Positions 9,121-17,813 of a DNA stretch of 49,292 nucleotides are shown here, piece by piece (positions within the stretch are counted from its first letter, which is position 1; every line of letters starts with the position of its first letter). The DNA comes from an uncultured Christensenella sp. (GTDB lineage Bacteria > Bacillota > Clostridia > Christensenellales > Aristaeellaceae). Both the position numbers and the translations under genes were made by a program. The DNA is taken from the NCBI GenBank assembly GCA_964629345.1, contig CAZVSG010000002.1, positions 1 to 49,292 on the forward strand, given 5' to 3'. Below the pieces are notes generated by a model, which saw nothing but the letters and a program-made list of their open reading frames with translations, was not told the DNA's origin and searched no databases.

Positions 9121-10518
9121 TTATCCCTTCCGATTCTCTCCCGCCCTGTCCTCCGCCAGAGCCGCCTGCAGCATGATCGCGCACTCGATCCGCTTCTTGA
9201 ACAACTCACATCCCAGGCTGTATACCCCGGAAATGCTGCCTGTCGCGTGACAGGCATTGGCCGCGCAGCCTCCGGCGCAGTACAGCCTTGCCCAGCAGTC
9301 ATGGCATTCCGGATGGCTGTACAGATTGTTCTCCCTGAACGCTTCCCTGAGCTTTTCATTTGTCACTCCGTGATCCAGATCGCCGAGCCGATATTGGCTC
9401 TCTCCGACAAACTGGTGACAGGGGTACAGATCGCCGTCGGGCGTAACGGCCATATACTCAGATCCCGATCCGCAGCCGGACAGGCGCTTGTACACGCAGG
9501 GGCCATGTTCCAGATCGATGTTGTAGTGATAGAAGGAGAAGCCCCTGCCCTCCCGTTCCCGGCGGAGCATTTCCGCTGCAAGGCGTTCATACTGATCGAA
9601 CAATGCCGGCAGGTCTTCCTCTCTGAGCGCGCAGGGATCGCCTTGTTTCATGACAACAGGCTCCATGCTCAGCTGCGTGAAGCCAAGATCCGCCATGTGC
9701 AGGATATCGCTGAGGAAATCCGTGTTGTGCCGCGTAAAAGTGCCGCGGATGTAGTACCCCTTGCCGCCGCGCTGCCTGACAAAGTCCAAAAAACGCGGGA
9801 CGACCTTGTCATAGCTTCCCCGGCCGCTCCTGTCGACCCTGAATAAGTCGTGCACTTCCTTCCGCCCGTCAAGGCTGAGCACGACGTTGTGCATTTCACG
9901 GTTGCAGAAGTCAATGACTTCCTCATCCAGTAAGACGCCGTTTGTCGTCAGTGTGAAGCGAAACACCTTGTCATGCTTCTTTTCAAGTTCCCGGCCGTAC
10001 CGGACCAGTTCCTTAACGACCTGCCAGTTCAGAAGAGGCTCGCCCCCGAAAAAATCCACTTCCAGGTGCCTGCGTCCCGCCGAAGAACCGATGAGGAAAT
10101 CAAGCGCCTTCTTCCCCGTCTGAAGGCTCATGAGGCCCTGGGAACCCTGGTAGCTGCCCTGGCCGGCAAAACAATAGCTGCATGCAAGGTTGCACGCGTG
10201 CGCGACATGCAGGCACAGGGCTTTCACCACGGGGCCGCTCTCCTTTAGCTTCCCTGCGCACGCCTTATAGGTATCATTGGTATAGAGTTTGCCTGCTTTG
10301 CGAAGCGTGTCCAGCTCATCAAGCAGGCTCTCAGCAGCCCCGTCCTTCAGGTCAGGATCCCCGGGATACATCTTCCTCAGGGATCCGATGGTCTCCTCCC
10401 TGGACAGGGTCTCGTACAAGCGGATCGCCTTGAGTGATACCTCGTCAGCCATATGGATGGCGCCGCTGGAAACATCCAGCGCGATGTGGTAGCCGTTCAG
10501 GGAAAAAGTATGGACCAT
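9121..10518 (-). CDS. scfB: Radical SAM/SPASM thioether-forming SCIFF peptide maturase
   Basis: 465 aa. The CxxxCxxC radical-SAM motif reads CNLACSYCFA, followed by the GGEPLL motif. The Cys-rich C-terminal SPASM region reads C.YKRLSGCGSG, YPCHQF, CHDCWARLYCAGGCAANA. It lies directly downstream of a six-Cys SCIFF precursor. Confidence 0.9.
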   Translation of the reverse strand: MVHTFSLNGYHIALDVSSGAIHMADEVSLKAIRLYETLSREETIGSLRKMYPGDPDLKDGAAESLLDELDTLRKAGKLYTNDTYKACAGKLKESGPVVKALCLHVAHACNLACSYCFAGQGSYQGSQGLMSLQTGKKALDFLIGSSAGRRHLEVDFFGGEPLLNWQVVKELVRYGRELEKKHDKVFRFTLTTNGVLLDEEVIDFCNREMHNVVLSLDGRKEVHDLFRVDRSGRGSYDKVVPRFLDFVRQRGGKGYYIRGTFTRHNTDFLSDILHMADLGFTQLSMEPVVMKQGDPCALREEDLPALFDQYERLAAEMLRREREGRGFSFYHYNIDLEHGPCVYKRLSGCGSGSEYMAVTPDGDLYPCHQFVGESQYRLGDLDHGVTNEKLREAFRENNLYSHPECHDCWARLYCAGGCAANACHATGSISGVYSLGCELFKKRIECAIMLQAALAEDRAGENRKG

Positions 10519-10526
10519 AAACCTCC

Positions 10527-10551
10527 AAAAAACCGCCCTGAATCAGGCGGT
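10527..10551 (-). terminator. Intercistronic hairpin plus U-tract between the SCIFF precursor and its maturase (candidate partial terminator/attenuator)
   Basis: The minus strand reads ACCGCCTGATTCAGGGCGGT TTTTTT: 8 bp with one bulge and a short loop, then 6 U. The maturase SD (GGAGG) and its ATG at 10518 follow immediately. Confidence 0.45.
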
Positions 10552-10579
10552 CATGATGCGATCGGGCAGATATTCCTGA

Positions 10580-10723
10580 TCAGTCCTTATCATTCTCACA
10601 AGGTTGGTTGGCAACGCCGCAGGACGTCTTGCAGGCAGACTGGCAGGAAGTCTGGCACTCTCCGCACCCGCCGTTCGTCAGGCTTGCGTTCAGGTCCCTT
10701 GTTGCCAGTGTCTTGATCTTCAT
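10580..10723 (-). CDS. scfA: SCIFF (six-cysteines-in-forty-five) ranthipeptide precursor
   Basis: Hand translation gives MKIKTLATRDLNASLTNGGCGECQTSCQSACKTSCGVANQPCENDKD (47 aa). This closely matches the conserved GGCGECQTSCQSACKTSC core of the SCIFF family. SD GAGGTG lies 6 nt upstream. It falls below the 60-aa cut-off of the ORF track. Confidence 0.9.
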   Translation of the reverse strand: MKIKTLATRDLNASLTNGGCGECQTSCQSACKTSCGVANQPCENDKD

Positions 10724-10753
10724 CTCATTCACCTCATCTTAAGGATACCTGAT

Positions 10754-10782
10754 ATTCTATCCTCGCCGGCTGTCCATGTCAA
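10754..10782 (-). promoter_or_regulatory. Candidate sigma-A promoter for scfA-scfB (TTGACA-17-TAGAAT)
   Basis: The minus strand reads TTGACA (10782..10777), a 17-nt spacer, then TAGAAT (10759..10754), about 30 nt upstream of the scfA ATG. Confidence 0.45.
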
Positions 10783-10847
10783 GATTTGCCACAGGGAATC
10801 GCTGATGGTATAATCCGCCTTGCATCATGAGGCTGGCCGCGGAGACC

Positions 10848-11294
10848 TCACCTGCCTCGTATCCCCCTGAAGAATGTGTCAAGCAGGGCTTCCGCCTCTT
10901 CCTGCATGATGCCGCCCCGGCAATCTGTATGGTGATGAAAAACCGGGTCCATGGGCAGCGCGTAGACGCTGCCGCAGCAGCCGTACTGATTGTCAAAAGC
11001 TGCGAAGACACAGCGTTTCAGCCCGGAGAGGATGACGGCTCCCGCACACATGGGGCAGGGCTCCAGGGTGACAAACATTTCGCAGCCTGTAAGCTGCCTC
11101 GTACCAAGCGCTTTCTGCGCAGAGGTGATCGCAAGCAGTTCCGCATGGGCAAGCGCATCGTTTCGCGCGACCTGCCGGTTATGTTCGGAAGCAACGATCA
11201 CGCCGTCACGGACGATGACCGCGCCAACCGGTACTTCCAGGGGGTCTTTCGCCGCCTCCTCAAGCGCCGCAGACATAAAATCCGTGTCCTTCAT
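10848..11294 (-). CDS. tadA: tRNA adenosine(34) deaminase
   Basis: 148 aa with the CDA zinc motifs HAE (ALAHAELLAI) and PCPMCAGA, plus the overall TadA layout. SD GGAGGG precedes the start. Confidence 0.93.
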   Translation of the reverse strand: MKDTDFMSAALEEAAKDPLEVPVGAVIVRDGVIVASEHNRQVARNDALAHAELLAITSAQKALGTRQLTGCEMFVTLEPCPMCAGAVILSGLKRCVFAAFDNQYGCCGSVYALPMDPVFHHHTDCRGGIMQEEAEALLDTFFRGIRGR

Positions 11295-11526
11295 CCAGCA
11301 TCCCTCCGGAGGGATTGTAGCATAAATGACGATGAGCCGTGAATCAGGCGGTCTTGCGGATACCGACCCACGCGAAGATCCTGCCGGGCAGCACCAACCA
11401 TTGTTCTTGGCAAAGAAATTCTCATGATTTCTGCATCAAAGGCAGGATGCCAACCCTGACATCCCGCCTTGACCGGACCACATGACAGGAAAATCCTGGA
11501 AAAGTCAATTGCCGGAGGTACCATCA

Positions 11527-14500
11527 GTGCACAGGCCAGATCGGCTGATCAGAACATCCACCCTCGTCGTGATCATTCTGACCCTTCTTCTCCTCATCCC
11601 CGCTTTTGCCGAGGATGCCGCAGTGTCCGGCACCGTTTTCCTTGACGCAAACGGCAACGGCCTGATGGATGCGGGTGAAAACCCTGTGGGCGGCGCGGAA
11701 CTGACCCTGATCAGCGTATCAGGCGGCAATGAGAGCATCCACAGTTACGTCTCATCAGACCGGGAAGGCCGGTACAGGTTTCCTTCAGCGCCAGCCGGCA
11801 ACGCGTATCTGCAGATCATCCTGCCGAATGATCTGCTGTTTACCGGCTATCAAGCGGGGGGCAGCGCAGCGCTCCCCTCCTCAGGCAGCAAGGGAAGGAC
11901 CCCTGTTTTCAGCATCGGACAGGGAGAAGAAGCGGTAGTCCCCGTCGGCGCAATAAAGCAGAGCGCTTATCTCAACGTGACTGCTTTTGGGGATGAAAAC
12001 GCTAACGGCGGGCGCTTCAGCAGCGAGCCCTTGCTCAGAGGGGTCGAGCTCGCGCTGGTCTATGAGCTGGACGGTCAGCGATACACCGTTGCGGAAGCCG
12101 TCACTGACAAGGAAGGGTTCGCTCAGCTGAGCAACCTGACGCCTGCCGACTACCGGCTTTGGGTAAGGATGCCGGATCCCTATATCATCGGTCCCCTCGG
12201 GCAGAAGATCAACCCTTTCTATAACGTCATCCCCCCGACAGACAGCAATGAAGGGATCTCCGAGCCGTTTACCCTTGAGCGCAGCCTGGGGGTAGGTGTC
12301 GGCGGCGTCATGGCCGGCAGCCTGTCCGGACGTGTTTGGCTGGACGCCGATATGAACGGGACCATGGAAGCCGGCGAAGGCGGGATCCCCGGCGTCAGGA
12401 TCACCCTGACACATCTTGAGCTGGGCATTCAGAGGGCCCTGGTCACGGCGCAGGAAGCGGACTTCAGGTTCATTTACCTTCAGCCGGGAACGTACAGCAT
12501 CAGCGCGCAGCTGCCTGACGGCGTCATGTTTGCGCTTGAAAACAGCCCGTCCCTTTTCTTCGACGGGTTCTCCGACAGCCAGAGCACACAGGTGCAGGTT
12601 GAAAAAGGCCGCGAGACCCTTCTGGACCCGATCGGCGTGATGCCCTCGTCGGGCATCACCGTCATCGCCTTTCATGACATCAACGTCAACGGGCTTCCTG
12701 ATGAAGGAGAGCCTCCATTCACAGGCGCGACGGCTGAAGTCCTTGTGGACGGGAAAGCTGCAGCCGCTTCCCTGTCCGACAGCGAAGGGGCGGCTCTGCT
12801 CAAGCGCGTCAGGGGCGGGGACGTATCATTGCGGGTGAGCCTGCCTGACGATCAGATCTTCAGCGTCAGCGGCGGAGCGGACGGGAACGCCTTCTTCTCT
12901 TTGGCCGCGGCCAATCAGGTGACGATCGCGAAACATCTGGCGCACGGAGAGCAGATGACCCTTTATGCCGGCGTGACCATACCAGCCATGATCTCCGGGA
13001 CCCTGTTTGATGACGTGGACCTGTCCGGAGCCTTTGACCAGGGCGAGGGCCGACTTGAAGGCTTCACGGTGCAGGCTGTTGATTCCAAGGGAAACGTCGC
13101 CTCAGAGGGGCTTACGGACAAGAACGGCGAGTATATCCTCAGCGGCCTTGTGCCGGCTGATTACACCGTCCGCATCCTGTTGAAATCACCCTATGTTTTC
13201 TCACCTGTCACCGGCTCAGGCGCGGAAATCATGAATCAGGTCATCTCCCAAACCCCTGATCATGGCGATTCTGCAGTGCTTTCAGTCAAGCCCGGGCAGC
13301 ACCTTGAGCACGTTGACGCCGGCGCGTTCCGTTCCGCGGTCATCACCGGTGCCATCCTGCTGGGGGATGAAACCGATGGTTTCAGCGGTGCGCTTGGGGG
13401 CTTGCCGGACGTTCAGATCGATCTGGTCGACGAAAATGGAATAGCGGTATCTGCGTATACGGTTTCAAAGACAGACAGCCAGGGCGCATTTTCCCTCAAG
13501 GGAGCGCTTCCGGGAAGCTACCGGCTCAGGTTCACCCTGGCGGACGGCGCCAAGCTGAGCCGACCGCATATGGACGCCCCATCGTTTCAAACGGATGTTT
13601 TTCAAGTCAAAGCAAGCGACGTTCTTGCTCTTGAGCCGATCTACGCCGTGATCACCGGCACGCTGTCCGGACTTGCCTTTACTGACAGGGACAGCGACGG
13701 CCGCTTCGGCAGTGCCGACACGGGCCTCACAGGCGCGGCCATCAGCCTCAGGAACAGGTCAAGCGGTGAAGTATATGGAACTGTCAGCGCCGGCGAAGGC
13801 CGGTACGGGATCAGCGGGATCCGGCCGGGCGTCTATGATGCCGAAGTACGTCTTCCGGATGGATATGTTCTGTCCAACAGTGAAAACAGCCTCGCCCCCG
13901 CGTCCCTGACAGGCGTCTCCACGGCAAGGTTTGATTTCGGGATGGGTACGGTGATCGAGGATACGACCCTGGCTGCGGCCGTGCCCCTTTCCATGAAGGG
14001 AGTGGCATTCTATGACCACGATCTCAACGGCCGGTTCGATCCGCTGTCTGATACGCCGTATCCGATCCATGCTGTTCTCACGCACAAAGGCACAGGCAGT
14101 GTGTTCAACCTGAGCGCGGACCCGGACGGCGTGCTCTCCCTGTCACCCATCTATCCGGGAAAATATGAGCTCAGGGTCAGCCTGCCGGAGGATCACCTGG
14201 TGACGGTCCCTGAGAATGCCAGGCAGGAAGGCAAGGACTGGCTGTCTGATATCCTTCTTGACCAAAACAGCGCGAACGTCGGGGTCGCCCTTGTACAGCT
14301 GTCAGGCATGCGGGGGGCTGTCTGGAACATGGACGGAAGCGCCGACGGGGTGGAAGGGCTTGCCATTGCGCTGAAAGATGCCGAAGGGCGCGCGGTTCGT
14401 GAAACGATAACGGACAGCGATGGCCGCTTCGAATTCACACGCCTGATGCCGGTTGGATATACCCTGAGCACGGCCTTAGCGCCCGGTTACCGATTCGCCC

Positions 14501-15072
14501 GCGCGGTGGATACTGCTGACAGGCCGAGCGTCATCACCGCGGATCTGGCTGATGAGGCGGGCCGTTCCGGGGCGAGCGGCCTGATCAGCTTACGCATGGG
14601 CGAACAGAAGGATCATCAGGACATTGGAATCGGTGCATTGGGAAAGCTGGGCGACCTCGCCTGGCTGGATTCGGACGGCGACGGCATGCAGGACGCCGGG
14701 GAACCCGGCATTCCAGGCATCCAGATCGTGCTCTATCAGTACGGCATGGTCACGGGACAGGCATCGACCGATGCGTATGGCCGCTATATGATCGCCGATC
14801 TTTATCCGGGCAGATATACGGTCCAGGTGATGATGCCTGATGAACTGAAGCCGACCAAACAGCAGGCCGAATTTCCTCTGGTCGCCAGCGTCCTGAGATA
14901 CGGCGAAAGCCAGACAGCCGTTTCTGATGAGGTTCTCGTACCGAGCGGCGGACGGAACTTGAACTGCGATCTGGGTTTTGTACTGAGAAAAGAAGGGAAA
15001 ATGCCCGCCTTCATGCTTGATCTGCCGAAAAAGGACTGGACGCAGGTCAATGAACAGAAACCCGGCAGATAG
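11527..15072 (+). CDS. Secreted repeat protein with about 10 SdrD-B/Cna-B-like (carboxypeptidase-regulatory-like) beta-sandwich modules
   Basis: The track ORF is 11482..15072. I prefer the in-frame GTG at 11527 (GGAGG 8 nt upstream), which gives an N-terminus of HRPDRLIRTSTLVVIILTLLLLIPAFA/ED, a signal peptide. A module of roughly 100 aa recurs: G.V..D.n.nG..D.GE.g..G..v.L....G......TD..G.Y.f..L.PG.Y.l.v. There is no LPXTG or other recognisable anchor at the C-terminus. Confidence 0.8.
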   Translation: MHRPDRLIRTSTLVVIILTLLLLIPAFAEDAAVSGTVFLDANGNGLMDAGENPVGGAELTLISVSGGNESIHSYVSSDREGRYRFPSAPAGNAYLQIILPNDLLFTGYQAGGSAALPSSGSKGRTPVFSIGQGEEAVVPVGAIKQSAYLNVTAFGDENANGGRFSSEPLLRGVELALVYELDGQRYTVAEAVTDKEGFAQLSNLTPADYRLWVRMPDPYIIGPLGQKINPFYNVIPPTDSNEGISEPFTLERSLGVGVGGVMAGSLSGRVWLDADMNGTMEAGEGGIPGVRITLTHLELGIQRALVTAQEADFRFIYLQPGTYSISAQLPDGVMFALENSPSLFFDGFSDSQSTQVQVEKGRETLLDPIGVMPSSGITVIAFHDINVNGLPDEGEPPFTGATAEVLVDGKAAAASLSDSEGAALLKRVRGGDVSLRVSLPDDQIFSVSGGADGNAFFSLAAANQVTIAKHLAHGEQMTLYAGVTIPAMISGTLFDDVDLSGAFDQGEGRLEGFTVQAVDSKGNVASEGLTDKNGEYILSGLVPADYTVRILLKSPYVFSPVTGSGAEIMNQVISQTPDHGDSAVLSVKPGQHLEHVDAGAFRSAVITGAILLGDETDGFSGALGGLPDVQIDLVDENGIAVSAYTVSKTDSQGAFSLKGALPGSYRLRFTLADGAKLSRPHMDAPSFQTDVFQVKASDVLALEPIYAVITGTLSGLAFTDRDSDGRFGSADTGLTGAAISLRNRSSGEVYGTVSAGEGRYGISGIRPGVYDAEVRLPDGYVLSNSENSLAPASLTGVSTARFDFGMGTVIEDTTLAAAVPLSMKGVAFYDHDLNGRFDPLSDTPYPIHAVLTHKGTGSVFNLSADPDGVLSLSPIYPGKYELRVSLPEDHLVTVPENARQEGKDWLSDILLDQNSANVGVALVQLSGMRGAVWNMDGSADGVEGLAIALKDAEGRAVRETITDSDGRFEFTRLMPVGYTLSTALAPGYRFARAVDTADRPSVITADLADEAGRSGASGLISLRMGEQKDHQDIGIGALGKLGDLAWLDSDGDGMQDAGEPGIPGIQIVLYQYGMVTGQASTDAYGRYMIADLYPGRYTVQVMMPDELKPTKQQAEFPLVASVLRYGESQTAVSDEVLVPSGGRNLNCDLGFVLRKEGKMPAFMLDLPKKDWTQVNEQKPGR

Positions 15073-15160
15073 TCCAAATCATCAAGGATTGCTCGTGATG
15101 ATCCAAATACAGAACGATTGATTCCGCGAATCCCGATATCCGGACAATGATTTCCATAAA

Positions 15161-15190
15161 AGACGGACCGCGTTGTTCTGCGGTCCGTCT
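15161..15190. terminator. Hairpin between convergent genes (11-bp stem), likely a bidirectional terminator
   Basis: AGACGGACCGC-gttgttct-GCGGTCCGTCT. On the minus strand it is followed by TTTAT (downstream of yebC). On the plus strand it is followed by a T-rich TCTCATT (downstream of the repeat protein). Confidence 0.55.
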
Positions 15191-15242
15191 TCTCATTGCA
15201 TTCGCCTTCGTAAGGAGCGGAAAAGGAATCGGGCGAGTCCCG

Positions 15243-15989
15243 TTATTCCTCCTCTTCCTCTTCAGGAAGCTCCGCGTTATGGAAGACTTCCATCACGTCG
15301 TCATTCTCCTCCAGCAGGTCAATGATTTTGTGGACTTTGCCGAGGGTCTCCTCATCCTCAATGCTGATGGTGGTCTGGGGGATCTTTCTCCTTTCAGCGG
15401 TCAGAAACGCGTAGCCTTTCGCTTCAAGCGCTTCCCGCACTGCTGAAAAATCATTGGGCGCTGTGTATACTTCAAATCCCTCTTCGCTGACCTGGACGTC
15501 CTCCGCCCCGGCTTCAAGGGCATGCATCATCAGTTCATCCTCCGTGATGCCCGCGCCGCGCTCGATCAGCAGCAACCCTTTGAAATCGAACATATAGCTG
15601 ACAGACCCGGTCGTGCCCAGGGAACCGCCGTGCTTCTCAAGGATGTGCCTCACCTCGGACCCCGTGCGGTTGCGGTTGTCGGTGACCACCTCCGCGATCA
15701 CCGCGATGCCGCCCGGAAGATAACCCTCATACGTGATCTCTTCAAAGATCACGTTGTCCGTCTCACCGGCCGCCTTCTTGATGCTGCGGGTGATGTTGTC
15801 ATTGGGCATATTGATGGCCCTTGCTTTTGCAATGACGTCCCTCAGTTTTCCATTGACAGCCGGGTCCGCTCCGCCTTCACGGACCGCGAGGGCGATTTCA
15901 CGCCCGATCTTTGTAAAGGCATGACCGCGCTGTGCGTCCGCCTTGCCTTTTTTATGCTTGATGTTTGCCCACTTTGAGTGACCGGACAT
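15243..15989 (-). CDS. yebC: YebC/PmpR family DNA-binding regulator
   Basis: MSGHSKWANIKHKKGK.DA.RG..F.K..REI..A...GG.DP..N..LR....KA......N.. is the hallmark N-terminus. The protein is 248 aa with an acidic tail. Confidence 0.95.
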   Translation of the reverse strand: MSGHSKWANIKHKKGKADAQRGHAFTKIGREIALAVREGGADPAVNGKLRDVIAKARAINMPNDNITRSIKKAAGETDNVIFEEITYEGYLPGGIAVIAEVVTDNRNRTGSEVRHILEKHGGSLGTTGSVSYMFDFKGLLLIERGAGITEDELMMHALEAGAEDVQVSEEGFEVYTAPNDFSAVREALEAKGYAFLTAERRKIPQTTISIEDEETLGKVHKIIDLLEENDDVMEVFHNAELPEEEEEE

Positions 15990-16102
15990 CTTGATCCTTC
16001 CCTTCCAATAGTCTCGTCCAGCATCATACCATCCGGGATTTGCCGCGTCAAACGAGATAGAGCCCCGCAGCCGGTTCCGGCCCCGCTGCCAGGCTTCCGG
16101 TC

Positions 16103-16828
16103 TCAGCCTCTTATTGCCAATGCCCTGTCAGGATAGTCCGTGATGAGGACGTCTGCACCAAAATCCATCACACTGCGCATGACACGGTCGTCGTTGACTG
16201 TCCAGACATTGACCATTCCCCCCTGCTGCTGCACCTCATGATAGGCCTCCGGATTCATCAGGAGGTCTGCATAATGTGTGTGCATCGCGTCCATGCCCGT
16301 CCTTGACAGGTATTCCGCCGGCCTGATAAGGCAGCAGGCATACAGGAGGCCGCAGACGGCCTTCGGATTGATCTGCTTGATGGCCTGCAGGGAATAATGG
16401 TTGAAGGATGAATAGATGACGCGCTCGCTCATCCCGCGTTTTTCAACCAGATTGAGGCATTTTTCTTCCATCCCTGCGTAGGCGAAGCGGCTGTTCTTCA
16501 GTTCAATGTTGACCTTCAGGCCCGTAGGCTTGAGCAGGTCGAACACTTCGTCAAGCGTCGGCGCCTTCGCCTGAGCATATTCCGGATGCGTCAGATTGAA
16601 CAGATGTGACTTGATCTCCTTGAGCGTCATGGCGCTGACGAGCCCGCTGCCGTCGGATACCCTGTCGATCCGCTCGTCATGCGTCACGATCAGCTGGTGA
16701 TCCCGGCTGAGCTGTAGGTCCAGCTCGACCCCGTCCGCCCCCTGCTCTGCCGCGAGCTGAAATGCCTCCAATGTGTTTTCCGGCGCATACCCGGAAGCGC
16801 CCCTGTGTGCAAAAATCATCGTGCCCAT
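16103..16828 (-). CDS. Glycerophosphodiester phosphodiesterase (GDPD family, cytoplasmic UgpQ-like)
   Basis: IFAHRGASGYAPENTLEAF..A...GADG.ELD.Q.S.D..L.V.HD, then NIELK, then VWTVND. No signal peptide. Confidence 0.9.
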   Translation of the reverse strand: MGTMIFAHRGASGYAPENTLEAFQLAAEQGADGVELDLQLSRDHQLIVTHDERIDRVSDGSGLVSAMTLKEIKSHLFNLTHPEYAQAKAPTLDEVFDLLKPTGLKVNIELKNSRFAYAGMEEKCLNLVEKRGMSERVIYSSFNHYSLQAIKQINPKAVCGLLYACCLIRPAEYLSRTGMDAMHTHYADLLMNPEAYHEVQQQGGMVNVWTVNDDRVMRSVMDFGADVLITDYPDRALAIRG

Positions 16829-16934
16829 TGATATCCCTCAAGCGCCTTGAAGCCTTTGTGATAAAACAGGATCAGGCTGAATGCAGGCGCTCCTTTCACA
16901 TGATAGTATCCAAAACCGCCGGATCATCCTGATG

Positions 16935-17813
16935 TCAATACCAGGTCTGCGCGAAAGCGGTCACGCGCCAGTCCTCGCTGTTGAGGCGGTACTGAAAGAC
17001 TTGCGGGTCGGTCTGCCCATCATCCGGGAGCATGGACATATTCCGATTCGGATCCTTCGTCCTGCTGTCGTACAGGTAGGTCAGGCGCTTGATCCGGCTG
17101 GACAGGTTGCCTTCCACGGTCTCCAGCAGATAGACGCCGTTCCCCCTGTTCTCCACCCGGGTGACCAGGCCGACGTGCATTGTCCTGTAGCCCCCGATTT
17201 TGCCGTAGATCACCAGGTAACCGGCGCGGGGAACATTGCTGACCCTGTCCAGATTGGTATACCCGGCAAGCAGTTTGGGGACACCCGCTTCCCGCACGCC
17301 GTATGGCTGCCCGTCAGGCAGGGGGGCAAGTTTGCGGTACGTGTCGGTCTCTGCCTGAGGAACGCCGGCATTGCCCAGCGAATAGGACGTGAAGGCGCCG
17401 CACCAGCCGAAGCTGGCGCTTGGCCCGTAATACCAGGTGGTGTACTTGTTGCTGCGTTTGAACCCGGAGCCTGAGGCATCCTCCCATTCCGAAAGGGCAA
17501 GGTCAATGGCCGCCGTGATTTCCGCTGGGACAGCCGGGTCTGCGATGATCCTGAATGGAACGGTCAATAAGGCTTTTCCCTTGCCCGACAGGGTGATCGT
17601 CACCTCCCCTTCGCTCAGCGCGGTCACCAGACCGTCCTGATCGACCGTGGCTTTTTCAGGGGCATCGGAAATCCATTCGCCCTTGATTTCCGTCCTGATC
17701 CGGTACTGTTCATTCGGAAGAAGCGTTCTGGCGGGAATGGGGCCCTGCTCCGCTGATCCGCCAGGCGTCAATAAAAGAAGAACAGCCGCCAGAAGAACAA
17801 GCCTTTTCCTCAT
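16935..17813 (-). CDS. Secreted Big_2 (Ig-like) plus CHAP-domain cell-wall hydrolase candidate
   Basis: Signal peptide MRKRLVLLAAVLLLL. A Big_2-like stretch reads ATVDQDGLVTALSEGEVTITL. CHAP-like catalytic motifs are WCGAFTSYSL (Cys) and ..MHVGLV..VEGN (His). The ATG overlaps the upstream stop (ATGA). Confidence 0.7.
   Translation of the reverse strand: MRKRLVLLAAVLLLLTPGGSAEQGPIPARTLLPNEQYRIRTEIKGEWISDAPEKATVDQDGLVTALSEGEVTITLSGKGKALLTVPFRIIADPAVPAEITAAIDLALSEWEDASGSGFKRSNKYTTWYYGPSASFGWCGAFTSYSLGNAGVPQAETDTYRKLAPLPDGQPYGVREAGVPKLLAGYTNLDRVSNVPRAGYLVIYGKIGGYRTMHVGLVTRVENRGNGVYLLETVEGNLSSRIKRLTYLYDSRTKDPNRNMSMLPDDGQTDPQVFQYRLNSEDWRVTAFAQTWY

Noticed and set aside
10806-10814. A strong extended -10 element, TGGTATAAT, lies on the plus strand between scfA and tadA.
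   Set aside because: There is no plus-strand gene downstream, so it would fire antisense into tadA. Without transcript data it is most simply a chance match in an AT-richer spacer. A possible antisense promoter cannot be supported.
10540-11353. A 13-nt direct repeat, GAATCAGGCGGTC, occurs at 10540..10552 and 11341..11353, flanking the scfA-tadA region.
   Set aside because: Exact 13-mers are expected to recur several times by chance in about 49 kb read on both strands. Only the first copy forms a hairpin, and nothing mobile lies between the copies.
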